From the human T2T-CHM13v2.0 reference genome, Homo sapiens: a DNA stretch of 64,000 bases. Location: assembly GCF_009914755.1 (NCBI RefSeq), contig NC_060941.1. One strand, written 5' to 3'. Under the pieces are notes generated by a model, which was not told the origin of the DNA, ran no database searches, and worked only from the letters and a program-made list of their open reading frames with translations. This document shows positions 1-13,762 of the stretch, piece after piece (position 1 is the first letter of the stretch; each line of letters opens with the position of its first letter). The position numbers and the translations under genes were made by a program.

Positions 1-1296
1 CTTCCATTCCTAAGTGGGATTGGCTCAGTTTTGCCCATCCATATGGCAGCATCTCTAATAGCTCTTGTACAGGGTATCAGATATTGTGCCTTTTGGTGCC
101 AGGTTCAAAGTCAAGTGCCGATCTATGAACCAGTGTACAAAAAAAAAAAAATCCAGGTATTTGAAGGAGAGACGCTCCATTGTGAATAAAGAGCTCATAC
201 CAGCTCCTAAGCCCTATTAAGAAGAGGCCTGGTCCTCTAATGCCTTGTTTCCATTTCAGTTGTTCTTTGAGAGACAGAATGATGTACTAACCATTCGTGA
301 TTATTAAGATAGGGTTGGGTCAGGGCTTAGGGAGGGGGCAGAAATATTGGGGATAGAAAAAAAATCTGATCATTCCTCAGTGCTACCCATTTCTGTCCTG
401 TGTGGGCTGCTTAGCTAGACAGCAGGAGAATAAAGTACACCGAGAACCATAATGAAAAAACCTTCCGTGTGTTTTGTCATGTTTTGTTCCAGGGAAGCAG
501 TTGATGAGTGCTGTTACTAATGCTTTCTCCCAGATCCATTCAGTGGTGGAGAGGAGGAAAATGGGCTGGTTGGATGTGGTCTTGGTGCCTTGCAGTTACT
601 CTGCACTGGTTATGCATTTAATTCTCCTCTTTTCTAGTTAACCTTTTGCCAGTGGGTTTTCCATAGTCTGGGTATTTGTCCTTATATCAGTTATACCACC
701 TAAGGCAACTGGGTGCAAAATGCATTCTGTTCACTCACTGTCTGGGCCTTCCCCACCCTAGTCTTGGCACATTCCTTCAAGAATGTAGTTACCGTCTGCT
801 TGGGAAGATGTCAGTGCAAATGTGAAGATAATGGGCATCGGACTAGGCTTTGGTTTGCCACAAGTGGCAGCTGCCTGTATCAATTACATTTATTAATTTT
901 GCTTTTCATTTTTCCCAGTTCTCCTCACCCCCCCTTTGTTGAAATGTTGGACTTGCTGTCAGAGGCAACTGTAATATTGCCTTAGGGACTTGTGGAGAAG
1001 GGGAATTGCTCAGTGTAGTGTTTTAACTTTCAGAACCAAGCAATCTATTTACTCTTACAAATATTTAAGAAGTGTGTTAGTCCAACTTTAAGAAAAATCC
1101 AAACTCATCAGCTTTTGATAGCATCTTGGTTTTTGAAACAACTTCAATCTGTAATTGGCATTCAGAATGCCCTTGGCATGCCAGTCTGTGATGGCATTTA
1201 AGACCTGTAAAACACTTGAGCCCAACTCGATTAACCAAAACCGATAACCACCACCTTTATCTTCTAAATAAAGTCCGCTTTATTTTTATTTTCAAC
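1..1296 (+). other. KPNB1: Probable distal 3' UTR of the upstream gene (importin beta-1)
   Basis: AT-rich, no credible ORF, several AATAAA (185, 429, 1267), the last followed by a T-rich tract. Gene identity comes from recalled gene order, not from coding sequence in the window. Confidence 0.65.
1267..1272 (+). terminator. Poly(A) signal of the upstream gene
   Basis: AATAAA, a CA at ~1295 and a downstream T-run (~1307-1322). Confidence 0.7.
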
Positions 1297-1541
1297 ATCT
1301 TGCTGCTTTTTTTTTTTTTTTTGTCCCAAATGGTGTCACCTCCATGGAGGTGAAATGGTTTGAAAGTCAGAATGTGTGGTGAGAGGTGTTTGTGTATGTA
1401 TGTGTGTGGGGAAAAGGAGGGACACACTTCTTGAAATGGATATTACATAGTGTAATGTGATATAGATGAAACAGTGTCCTACAAATGAGGTAAGGCAAAA
1501 GTATGCATGGAGGATGTTTCGTGTTTGGAGAGTTTGAAGCA

Positions 1542-1826
1542 TTCCTCATCAGTAAAACAGGAATACTGACTAAGGTTGTTCTGCAAATTAAAACATAAAA
1601 TCTCAGTGTTTACCATTTTTCACTTCAGGTGGGCCAAGCTGGCACCTTGGAGGCCAGGTGGAACTGCAGGCTTGCACTGTGTTTCTGAGTGTTTGTATTG
1701 GGACCAGGTATACGGTAATGGGGTTTCTTGTGGGAGCAGTTGCTCCTTCTCTGCCATTTGATGAACTAATTGCATTCTTTTCTCAAATCTCACCTTCAGT
1801 GGAGAAATGTTCTCAGTGAATCATTG
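1542..1826 (+). repeat. Long inverted repeat, left arm (285 bp)
   Basis: Reverse complement of 2317-2597; manual alignment gives 5 substitutions and one 4-nt indel. Confidence 0.97.
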
Positions 1827-2316
1827 TCCTCTGTTTGTGCCTATTTCTCAAGCTAATTCCGTGTCTAATGGATCATCCAAAAGTTGGCCTTTCACTTAGT
1901 TTTCATCATGTATTTCATTTCTACTTGCATTTCCCCCCCTCAAGAAACTTAGAACACTAGTTTGAGATTTAGGAGACTAGGCCCTTTCCTTTAACCCTGC
2001 TGCTTATTAGCGTAGTGGTGCCTGCAGGCTAGTTCATGGAAATACACCCTTTCTTAGTTAAGCAAAGTAAGGGCTGTAGACTCCCTTTTCTGATTGTACA
2101 CCCTGTTAGTAAACTTTTGATCATGCATACCCCATGTGTTTATAAATAACATACTTGGACTACTATAACCACATATTGTGTAATCATAAGACACAAAAAT
2201 AGAAAGTAAAAAGCAATTACATGATAAATAGAAGTTCTAGTATTTCTAAATCCAATTTGGAGGTTACTGAGTTATAGAGAGTAAATTTTTACCAGACTGC
2301 ATTAAGTCCTGAACAG

Positions 2317-2597
2317 CAATGATTCACTGAGAACATTTCTCCACTGAAGGTGAGACTTGAGAAAAGAATGCAATTAGTTCATCAAATGGCAGAGAAGGAG
2401 CAACTGCTCCCACAAGAAACCCGGTTACCGTATACCTGGTCCCAATACAAACACTCAGAAACACAGTGCAAGCCTGCAGTTCCACCTGGCCTCCAAGGTG
2501 CCAGCTTGGCCCACCTGAAGTGAAAAATGGTAAACACTGAGATTTTGTGTTTTAATTTGTAGAACAACCTTAGTATTCCTGTTTTACTGATGAGGAA
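2317..2597 (-). repeat. Long inverted repeat, right arm (281 bp)
   Basis: Same alignment; the near-identical ORFs 1576-1761(+) and 2382-2624(-) reflect it. Confidence 0.97.
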
Positions 2598-2670
2598 GGA
2601 AGGGCAGAAAGATTGACTCATCACACCAAGGTCACTTAGAGCCAGAATTCGGAGCCCGGTCTGTCAAATC
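2550..2670. mobile_element. MIR remnant overlapping and extending past the right arm
   Basis: tattcctgttttactgatgaggaa...ccaaggtcac...ggtctgtc resembles the MIR core. Confidence 0.6.
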
Positions 2671-3484
2671 AAGGCTTTACACATTTGCCCTGGACAGATG
2701 CTATGAGCCTCTTAGTAATAAAAAAACAAAGGTCCATATTGCACATACTTAGGATATGCCATCCATTTCCTTCCCAGCACTATCTAAAAGTATATTTTAA
2801 TTTCGTTGTTTATCTGTTGCCAGTTTTCCCCGCTATAACGTAAGTTCCCTAATGCAGTGACCTTGACTGTCTTTTAGTATGCTCAGCTGAGAGAGCGCCT
2901 GACATATAGTAGACCTTCGATAAATATTTGTTGAACTAATGACATAGTAGAGTTCACAGAGTTCCTGTGATGGCATCACTTAGCCTTTGAAGGGCAAAGC
3001 ATCCAGAAACCTGGGAATGGCAGGGCCACAGAAGACTTCTAGCTCTTATCTGCTGGATGACTTCAGGCTAACTTCTCAACCTTGGATTAACTGATGGAAT
3101 GGGAACAGGATTAGTGAATAGTCATTATTTACATGATGTTCTTTTTATGTGCTTACAAGATGCTAGGCCTGTAATAAGTTCTTTCATAGAGTAATAAACT
3201 TTATCAACACTATAAGGAAGGCACCATTTTAGTCCCATTTTACAGGAGGAAATGTGAACAGGCTAAGAACCTTGCCCAAAGTCATGTGGGCTAGCAAGCA
3301 GTCCTGACCTGGATTTGTACCTCTAGCCTACATTGTGTGCCAGTGTTGTAAATGAGCTTATAGTTATCAATCAGAGAGAACCCTGGTTGAGATTTTGGAA
3401 TTCAATAACAAAGCCATTTTGTCTTAATTCTACAATAAGTTCCATTATTAACCTTTGGCAACTGCCAGACTCTTAATTGAGTGT

Positions 3485-3563
3485 GTGTGTGTGAGATCAG
3501 TTTCTCTCCTAATTGGAGTTTGAATGTGTGTGTGATCAGCTTCCCTCCTAATTGGAGTTTGAA
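3485..3563. repeat. Tandem duplication of a ~39-bp unit
   Basis: tgtgtgtg(a)gatcagYttcYctcctaattggagtttgaa occurs twice. Confidence 0.85.
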
Positions 3564-4162
3564 CCAAACCATCTCCCTGCACTTCTGCTCCCTTTCTCTC
3601 TAAGCTGGAAGCTTTTGGGAACCAGGGCTGGGGGAGGGGTGGTTGTTGGTGCTCAGTGGCCAAAAAGGCCACTAGGCTGCTGAGTAAGCTCCACATCTGA
3701 ATTACCCCAGCTCTGTCAGCTGATTGCATGCACAGCACAGGCAGGAGGCCTTCAAAGCCTGAGCTGTTCCCTCTCCCAGGTGCTCCTTGGCCACAGGTTA
3801 CCAAGCTGAGCTGTCCTCAGTGTGAAATGTACCTTTTTGTCTGAAAGGAAAGTACATCTCAGCTTTGGCATATGGCATTAGCTCTGGATGCAGAGGGGCA
3901 GCCTGTCACCATTTCCGAAGGAAAGAGTTCACAAATGGCTCTGTGTGAATAAGCTCTTCATAGCGATGAGCAATGCCTGCTATGTTCTGGGCATTGCCCT
4001 TCAAAATATTTTAGTCTTTCGAGTATGACCTTGGACAAATTCTCCAACTCTTCTGATTCTCGATTTCCTCCTGTAAAACAGGGATCCCAATGAAAGATAA
4101 TGCATACAAAGTTTTTAGCACAGGACCTTGAACTCACATTGATTAACCAATCAGCTACTACT

Positions 4163-5422
<1,260 letters not shown>

Positions 5423-5523
5423 TCAATATAACCTTTTAAAAATTCTGTTTGGGAGATAGCAGAAATGAACATGGCTGTGGAGAAAAATGAAGCACATATG
5501 GAATTATAAAAAACAAAAAACAT

Positions 5524-5843
<320 letters not shown>

Positions 5844-6498
5844 CTACTAATTCAATTAGGGGCTCTGCATTACCTCCACAGGAATTTGGGGACGTGGTGA
5901 AGGAATGTCTTTCTACCACTGCCCTACCCTCCCATCTGATGGAACACCTGCAGCTGCAGTTGGAGTCCCAGGATGCTTGCATGGTGAATGGCCCACTTTC
6001 TAGGGTCTGGAACTGGAGGGCGAAGGTGGCACCTAGATCCTGCAGTCACATGGGGCTAATCAATTTTCCTGCCCGCCAGGGTTCCATTTGAGTCATCTGG
6101 GTTTTATTTTGATTCAGCCTCTTTAACTGGCTGCTAATGTCACCTCCTCCTACTCTTTTCAGGCAATAATGGGACAGGAAAGACAGCCTCCAGAGCAAGA
6201 GTCATGGGAGTGGGAGAGTCTCCCTGGTGGTTTCCAAGGAGGAAACACTGGCAGGGCCTGGCTCTGGGGGCCTGCATTTGCACTGTCTCTCCTACCTTAA
6301 CGATTGGAGGTGGGTCCTCTGTTATCACACCTGTGAAGGCCATTTAGAAATGTTTTACAACTCATGCCTGACCACTGTCCACCACTTTCCCCACTGTCCT
6401 CCCACTGTGGCTCCTATCCCCTTCACCATCTCCCCTATTATTGTCTCCACCATGATGAGCCCTGCCAATACCAGGGGCTCTTAAAAGGGATTCAGACC

Positions 6499-6783
6499 AG
6501 CTGGGCATGGTGTCTCACGCCTGTAATCCCAGCACTTTGGAATGCCGAGGCAGGCGGATCACGAGGTCAGGAGATCGAGACCCCATCTCTACTAAAAATA
6601 CAAAAAATTAGCTGGGCGTGGTGGCGGGCGCCTGTAGTTCCAGCTACTCAGGAGGCTGAGGCAGGAGAATGGCATGAACCTGGGAGGCGGAGCTTGCAGT
6701 GAGCGGAGACCACGCCACTGCACTCCAGCCTGGGTGACAGAGCGAGACTCCGTCTCATAAAAAAATAAAAATAAAAATAAAAA
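6499..6783 (+). mobile_element. AluY-like with a small deletion in the left arm
   Basis: Alu dimer; flanking direct repeat aaaaggg(t)attcagacca. Confidence 0.88.
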
Positions 6784-6920
6784 GGGTATTCAGACCAATG
6801 TTCAGCTTTCTCAGATGAGGAAACAGGCCTAGAAAAGTGAAGTAGTCTTAAGTCACACTGCCTCATTTATTTATTCATTCAACAAAGAACATACTTTCTT
6901 ACTCTTTTAAGATTTAGCTT

Positions 6921-7231
6921 AGCCAGGTGCGGTGGCTCATGCCTGTAATCACAGCACTTTGGGAGGCCGAGGCAGGTGGATGGCTTGAACCCAGGATTTT
7001 GAGAGCAGCCTGGGCTACATGGTGAAACCTTGTCTCTACAAAAAATACAAAAATTAGCCGGGCGTGTGGCATACGCCTGTAGTCCCAGCTGAGGCGCAAG
7101 CCACCACGCCTGGAGACTGAGGTGGGAGGATCACCTTAGCCCAGGAGGGCGAAGCTGCAGTGAGCCAAAATTGCACCACTGCACTCCAGCCTGGGCGCCA
7201 GAGAAAGACCCTGTCTTTTAAAAAAAAAAAA
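6921..7231 (+). mobile_element. AluJ-like with an internal inverted insertion
   Basis: Alu dimer with an extra segment at 7092-7113. Confidence 0.85.
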
Positions 7232-7302
7232 TTGTAAGAGCTCATCAAGGAGACCTCCTCTGAATACTGTGAAGCAGATCCCATCCTCCCATTCTTCTCT
7301 AG

Positions 7303-7800
<498 letters not shown>

Positions 7801-9524
7801 TAATAGATGTTCAAGAAATCTTTGCCGAATAAATATACAACGAGCAGGTACCAACCCTCAGGGCACCTTAGAATACAAGGATGGATGGGATATAATCTCT
7901 GCTCTCAGAACTGCCTGGTATGAGCAGCAGAACTAGAAATGGAGAATGCAATGAGATCAGGTCCAGATTGGAGGAGGGGGAGGATTTTAGGGCACCTAAA
8001 CCAGGCCTAATGGACTTTTGCCACCAACCACCTAGAACCAAGGATAGAAGCATTTGGCTGCACCCTGCCAGGTGACTCAATTAGGCCCTGAGCATCCAAG
8101 CAGCAGCAGGGGGCTGATGACTCATCCCAGACAGTGTGTGCTTAGAGGGTCCTGGGACCCCTTTTTCCAGTGAGGGAGGGCTTGCCAGTTGGTCTTATGG
8201 GTCCTGTTTGTGGCCAAGTCCAAGGTCACCGAGGGTCCCAGAGACAACCCTACACCTCCTAGTCTAGCCTCCAATCTTTTGCCTGGTCCCTTGCTTCAGA
8301 AGAGATCTTGGGGAGTACTAGGGAAAGGAACATCTGCCTAGCCCTTGGGATTAGTGGGGTGACAGATGTCCCCACTGGTTTGCCTTCATATCTAGAGGGT
8401 AGATAGGTCATCCCACATGGTTCAGAGAAAGCTAGTGCCTCAGAGAACAAGTGGCTGACCTGCCTTCCTGTTCTGGACTACAAACGGGAGCCAGTGCTGG
8501 CAGGAAAGACTGAAAGGGAACCCAGCAGGAGGAGGAGGAAGGAAGCCACTGAGAATCCCCCCTTCTATGAAGAGAATGAGTCTAGAGCTCTGGCTGGCTC
8601 TCCTGGTAGAAGCTCACCTCTCAGTCCAATTTTCTCCCAGCAGTGAGGAAAGATGGCAGCTGCTGCTTTTCAAAGCTCAGAGAGAGCAAGAAACCTTTTC
8701 CTTCCATCCTCCCCCTCGGAGATTCCCACCCCCATCCCACCTCAGGAGCCAAAAAGGTAGGCTCAGGTTCCCAGCAGTCTTCGCAGCTAAGGCTGAATCT
8801 GCCAAAAGCCCCCGCCCAGCTTATCCCCTGCTTCCGGGCTTTGCCTCCCTGTCCACAGAGGATGCTCTTCAGCCAGAGTGCTCCAGGGTTCCCCTGATCA
8901 TTCTCTACCTGCAGCTAGGCTGACCATGCCTCTGTCCACATTATTTAATCCACCAGGCAATACTCAAAATGACATCGTTAACACTTCCTGAGCATTCGCA
9001 GGCTGCTGTATTTAGTTCTGATCCCCATTCTTCCTCCATGAGAGTGCTTAGGTGGGGCATGATCTCCAGCTTAGAAAGGTTAAGGTAACTTGCCCAAGGT
9101 CACACAGCAGGAAAGTAGCAAAAAACTTGTTTCTCTTGCCCAGCAGTTTGGCAGGTGCTCAAATAATCTTTGTGCACAGGGTGACATCTGTTGTTTCTTC
9201 ATTTCCCTGACCTGTGGGTACTTGAGGGTGGCCGGGGAGTGGTGTGTGGGGAGGGAGATGGCTGTCCTTCTTCATGAATGAATCTTTGACCTCCTTAGTT
9301 TACTCTCACTTCCAAAGAAGTTACAGCTTTAATCTCTCTGTACCCTATGTTCAATGTATTTATCGCAGCAATGCCCCTTTTACCAAGAGCAACGAAGAGC
9401 AGGTCTAATGATTTCCTTCTCAAAAGCGCAAAGACCAAAAAAAAAAAAAAAAAAGCCAAATAAATAGCCCCACTTCCTCCCCAAATATACAGCCCATAAC
9501 TAAACAACCAAAACAACCAAAGCA

Positions 9525-11560
9525 TCAGCCGGGCCCCTGCACTGACCGCAGACGCCCCCAACACACGCCACCACGCCACACTGCGCCGGGAGGCGTCGGG
9601 GAGGGGGCGCCAGCGCGGGCCGCTGGCGCCGCAGGGAGCCGGTGGGCTCCGGGCGCGCTGCCAGGAAGGGCCGCACCGTAGGGGCCGCCGCCTCTCGCCA
9701 CGTGGTGGTGGCAGCGGCGGGGTCCGGGGCGCCTTCCCAGCTGGAGAAACCCGGAGCAGCCGGGGAGGAGGAGGCGGAGGAGGCGGCGGCGGCGGAGGAG
9801 GAGCGGGGCGGACGGGAGGGAGGGGGTTGGGGGGAGGGGTGGGGGGTGGGGAGAGACCCGGCGGCGGCGACAGGGCGAGGAGCAGAGCGCGGTACCAGGG
9901 GGGTGGGGGCACTGGTGCCCGTTTGGGGAGGGAGCAGGCGGAGGGGGTAAGCTGCGATTACAAGCAGGAACCGGCAGCAGCTGTGAGTCCCCGGCTGGGG
10001 CTAGGGCTGGGGGAGGGGAGCGGCGCCCGGGCTGGGCCCCAGGGGTCGCGGGGTGGGCAGGAGGAGGCGGCAGGAGGGCGGCTGGCAGCCGCACGGGATG
10101 GCTGGGAGGGAAGGGGTCCGGTGTCGGCCGCCCTCATCCCCTCGCGTCCCCCTCCGCCGCCGTTCCTCAGGCCGCGCCACTCCCGGAGCCCCTTCCCCGG
10201 CCCCGAGAGGGTGTCCGGGGGCCCAGGGCTCGGCCGGCTGTGGGGGAGGGGGCTGCGTGGTCTCGGCCCCCGAGAGGGGAGGGGCGACAATTTCCGTCGG
10301 CCGAGCGAAAGGGGTTTAAAGGGCGGCTCTTAAAGGGGCCGCAGGAGGGGCCCGCGCCGACAGAGGCACTCACCCCTTCCCCAGCCGCCTTCCATTGCGC
10401 TCACCCGGGCGCTGGGCCCAGAGAGGAATGCGGAGGAAGGAGGCATTTGTGGTGCGGCCTCGGGGACAGAGCCCCGCCAGCGGGGTGGGCGCAGAGGGGC
10501 GGGCGGGGGTCTGGGGGGGTGTGGTAAGCGCTGGCGCGCGGAGCTGGGGGGAGGGGATGGCGTGGGAAGGAGAGGGTTAAAGGTGGGGCCGGCCCTACAA
10601 ACGCGCGCACACACTCCTTACTCAGACCCAGTCACTCGCGTTTCCCTGGCACTTAGATGGGCCTGTGGGTGGCGGAGGGGGGGGGTGGATTGAATTGGAG
10701 CCTGCGCCGGAGCCCTTTGCACCCCAAGCTCCTGCAGCCCGACCTGGGGGCCCCGCTGTCTGAACTCACAGCTCCCTGCCGAGCCCCCTCTCCGGGGTGC
10801 ACATAACGCTCCAGCGCGCGCACACACCTCGGACAGTCCCCTCGCGTCTCACGTGACACGCGGCCCGAACGTGCCACCCTGCCCACGCGCTCACGCACGC
10901 GTGCACACACCAGCCTCCTGGTCGCTGCCCCACTCCGTCCCGACGCCCCTGCGACCCCGAAGGCACTCATTGACTGACACACCTACACTCATTCACAGAC
11001 GCACACTCCCCCCATACGCCAACCCCAGACACACATTCATAACCAGGCCCGAGAGAAGTACACACGCACCCCCTCACTGCCTACTCCTGCTTTCGGGAGC
11101 CTGAGTCATTCCTGCCCCCTCGTAGGGTTCCCCATTTCCCGGTGCGCGGGCACCCTGAGACAGCCTTGGGAATTCGTTCGCGTCCCCTTCCACCTGGGTC
11201 CCCTTCCCCAGTTTGCGCCCCGTAACACTCAGCCAAGGACTTCCTGTGGGTCCCAGGTCAGGGGCCAAGGGGTCCTGGACCGCTGCCACAGCCCCGGTGC
11301 GCCCGGGGGAGGCGCTTCCTTTTCCTGAACTCTGGGATCCTGCGGGAGGAAGCGGGGAAGTTGGGCGGGGGTGCAGCCGAGGGCGTGCCGACTGTGGAGG
11401 GGCCGACCCTCGCGCAGCTCTGGGCCTTCCTTGGGGAGGAGCTGGGGTGCCAGAGGCCCAGGCTGAGGAGCTTGGCGGCGAGGTATTTGGGGAAGTAAGG
11501 CCTGGGGTGGAGAAGCGCGGAGGAATGGGCCGGGCCCGGCTGGGAAGGCAGCCCTCTCCC
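9525..11560 (+). promoter_or_regulatory. TBKBP1: CpG island / TBKBP1 promoter and non-coding first exon(s)
   Basis: Very GC- and CpG-rich; E-boxes CCACGTGG 9698-9705 and TCACGTGAC 10849-10857; candidate donors gtaagc at 9947 and gtgagt at 9983. Confidence 0.85.
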
Positions 11561-11899
11561 ATCCACAGGTCTCCCTGGGTTCTGGCAGGAGCCTGCCCCT
11601 GCTGCCGGCCTGGCTTACTTGTCCCTACTTGTCAACACCCTGGCAGCGGGGTCTTCACCTGGTTCCAGCCCCTTTTCCCCAAGGCGGCAGAGAGGATGGG
11701 GCTGAGGAGTCTGGGAAGGGGCCATGGGAGTCCCTGCTGAGCTCGGGGCAGGAAGTTTCTGGGTTGCATCTTAGCCGGCCCCAGGGAGTGCAGAGCCAGG
11801 GAGAGGGGTACCAGGGACAAACCCTAGACAGACGGCCCTGTCCACGGTTGCTCCTGCTCTCCTAGGAGGCCCCGTGTGGGCCGCGGCCCGGCCCTCACC

Positions 11900-12124
11900 A
11901 TGGAGTCCATGTTCGAGGACGACATCAGCATCCTGACGCAGGAGGCCCTGGGGCCTAGTGAGGTGTGGCTGGACAGTCCCGGAGACCCCTCGCTTGGGGG
12001 CGACATGTGCTCCGCCTCCCACTTTGCCCTCATCACTGCTTACGGAGACATCAAGGAACGGCTGGGGGGCCTGGAGAGGGAGAACGCCACCCTCCGACGC
12101 CGCCTCAAAGTCTACGAGATCAAG
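11900..12124 (+). CDS. TBKBP1: TBK1-binding protein 1 (SINTBAD), coding exon 1 (MESMFEDDISIL...VYEIK)
   Basis: Kozak caccATGG; acceptor AG at 11864-11865; donor gtcaga; 225 nt; recognised N-terminus. Confidence 0.97.
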
Positions 12125-12497
12125 GTCAGAACTTGGAGAGGAGGGCGCCTGATAGAGTGTATGGGATGGGGAGGGGGACTGGGAATCTGGTAGATACCAG
12201 GGATCCAAAAGAGGGGTCACTGTGCAGACTCTTGGGAACTTGAGGGTCTCCCATGAGAGACGTGGCTGTTCCGGATGCGAACTGTCTCCTGTTGGCTTCA
12301 GAAGGGCTGGATCTGGGATCTAAAACAGATCCGGTGGGTGGGAGATGGCTACAGACCCATGGGAATTGGGATCCCACTAGCCAAGGAGAAGGAGGGTCAA
12401 AGGTCTGAGGCAGGTTGTGGGTTGGGGGCACAGCCAGGCTGAGGCCTGGGCTGGGCACCCGGGAATCCACTCTCCTGAAGCTCCACCCCACCCGCAG

Positions 12498-12620
12498 TAC
12501 CCACTGATCAGTGACTTTGGAGAGGAGCATGGCTTTTCTCTGTATGAAATCAAGGATGGCTCCCTGCTGGAGGTGGAGAAGGTCAGCCTGCAGCAACGGC
12601 TCAACCAGTTCCAGCATGAG
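12498..12620 (+). CDS. TBKBP1: TBKBP1 coding exon 2 (YPLISDF...QFQHE)
   Basis: cag| and |gtgag; 123 nt, phase 0. Confidence 0.96.
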
Positions 12621-12875
12621 GTGAGCCTACCAGGCTGGGCGCACCCCCTGAGCATCTTGCTCCAGTCTGTTTCTGATACCCTTCCCTCCACACCCCCCAG
12701 CATCTGGCCTCTGCCCTTTGATTAGAGATGGCCAGGTCCTCCCTAAGCCCAGCTGCAGCTCCTCCTGCCCCTCCATAGGGTGCTGGGAGTGGGGGTGGGG
12801 AGGTGCAGGGAGCTCTCCAACTCCAAGTCCAGTGTGGGACTGACCCTGTGGTGGGGCCCTCTGGGCCTCATCCAG

Positions 12876-12980
12876 TTACAGAAGAACAAGGAGCAGGAAG
12901 AACAGCTTGGAGAGATGATCCAGGCCTACGAGAAACTCTGCGTGGAGAAGAGTGACTTGGAGACAGAGCTGAGGGAGATG
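12876..12980 (+). CDS. TBKBP1: TBKBP1 coding exon 3 (LQKNKEQ...ELREM)
   Basis: cag| and |gtgag; 105 nt; coiled-coil composition. Confidence 0.96.
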
Positions 12981-13257
12981 GTGAGGCCTGGGGAGCCGGA
13001 GGTGCTTGAGGATGTGTAGCTGGTTGTGTGTGTGCATGTGTGCATTTAGTTCTGTGTGTGAGGATTCCAGCCTGTGACAGTGCAGTCCCATGTGTCACAC
13101 ATCACTTGTTTGTGCCCTGCTTGTGTTCATGTGTATCTGTGAGTGCCCGCCCATTTGCCCTTGTGAGGGAGACTGCATGTGTTATCCATGTTGCGGTGTC
13201 TGTGTGCATCCTGGCCATGCAGTGGCCCCGTGGGAACCTCTGTCTCTGTGTGTATGC

Positions 13258-13345
13258 CTGGCTGTCACGCTGGGGTGACCCTGTGCCTGTGAGCACTGCC
13301 CTGGCTCTCACGCTGGGGTGACCCTGTGCCTGTGAGCACTGCCCT
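13258..13345. repeat. 43-bp tandem duplication
   Basis: ctggctStcacgctggggtgaccctgtgcctgtgagcactgcc twice, one mismatch. Confidence 0.93.
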
Positions 13346-13470
13346 TGGGAGGCTGTGAGGGTGAGGGCAGAGGTGACCAGGAGTGTGTGACTGCTAGGAT
13401 GGGCCTGTGCTTGGGTGTGCTTCCGAGTCAGGGTATGGCTGTGCCGGTGAGCAGGTCAAAATCAAGAGAC

Positions 13471-13762
<292 letters not shown>

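Noticed and set aside
1576-2624. Twin ORFs 1576-1761(+) and 2382-2624(-) with near-identical peptides
   Set aside because: A by-product of the inverted duplication; non-ATG starts and no recognisable protein features.
8100-8115. Weaker CTCF-like strings here and at ~16627 and ~31785
   Set aside because: Mismatches in the core or spacing; not called without a matrix score.
9295-11740. Long overlapping Pro/Gly/Arg-rich ORFs on both strands
   Set aside because: Stop-codon scarcity in a CpG island; no recognisable domain.
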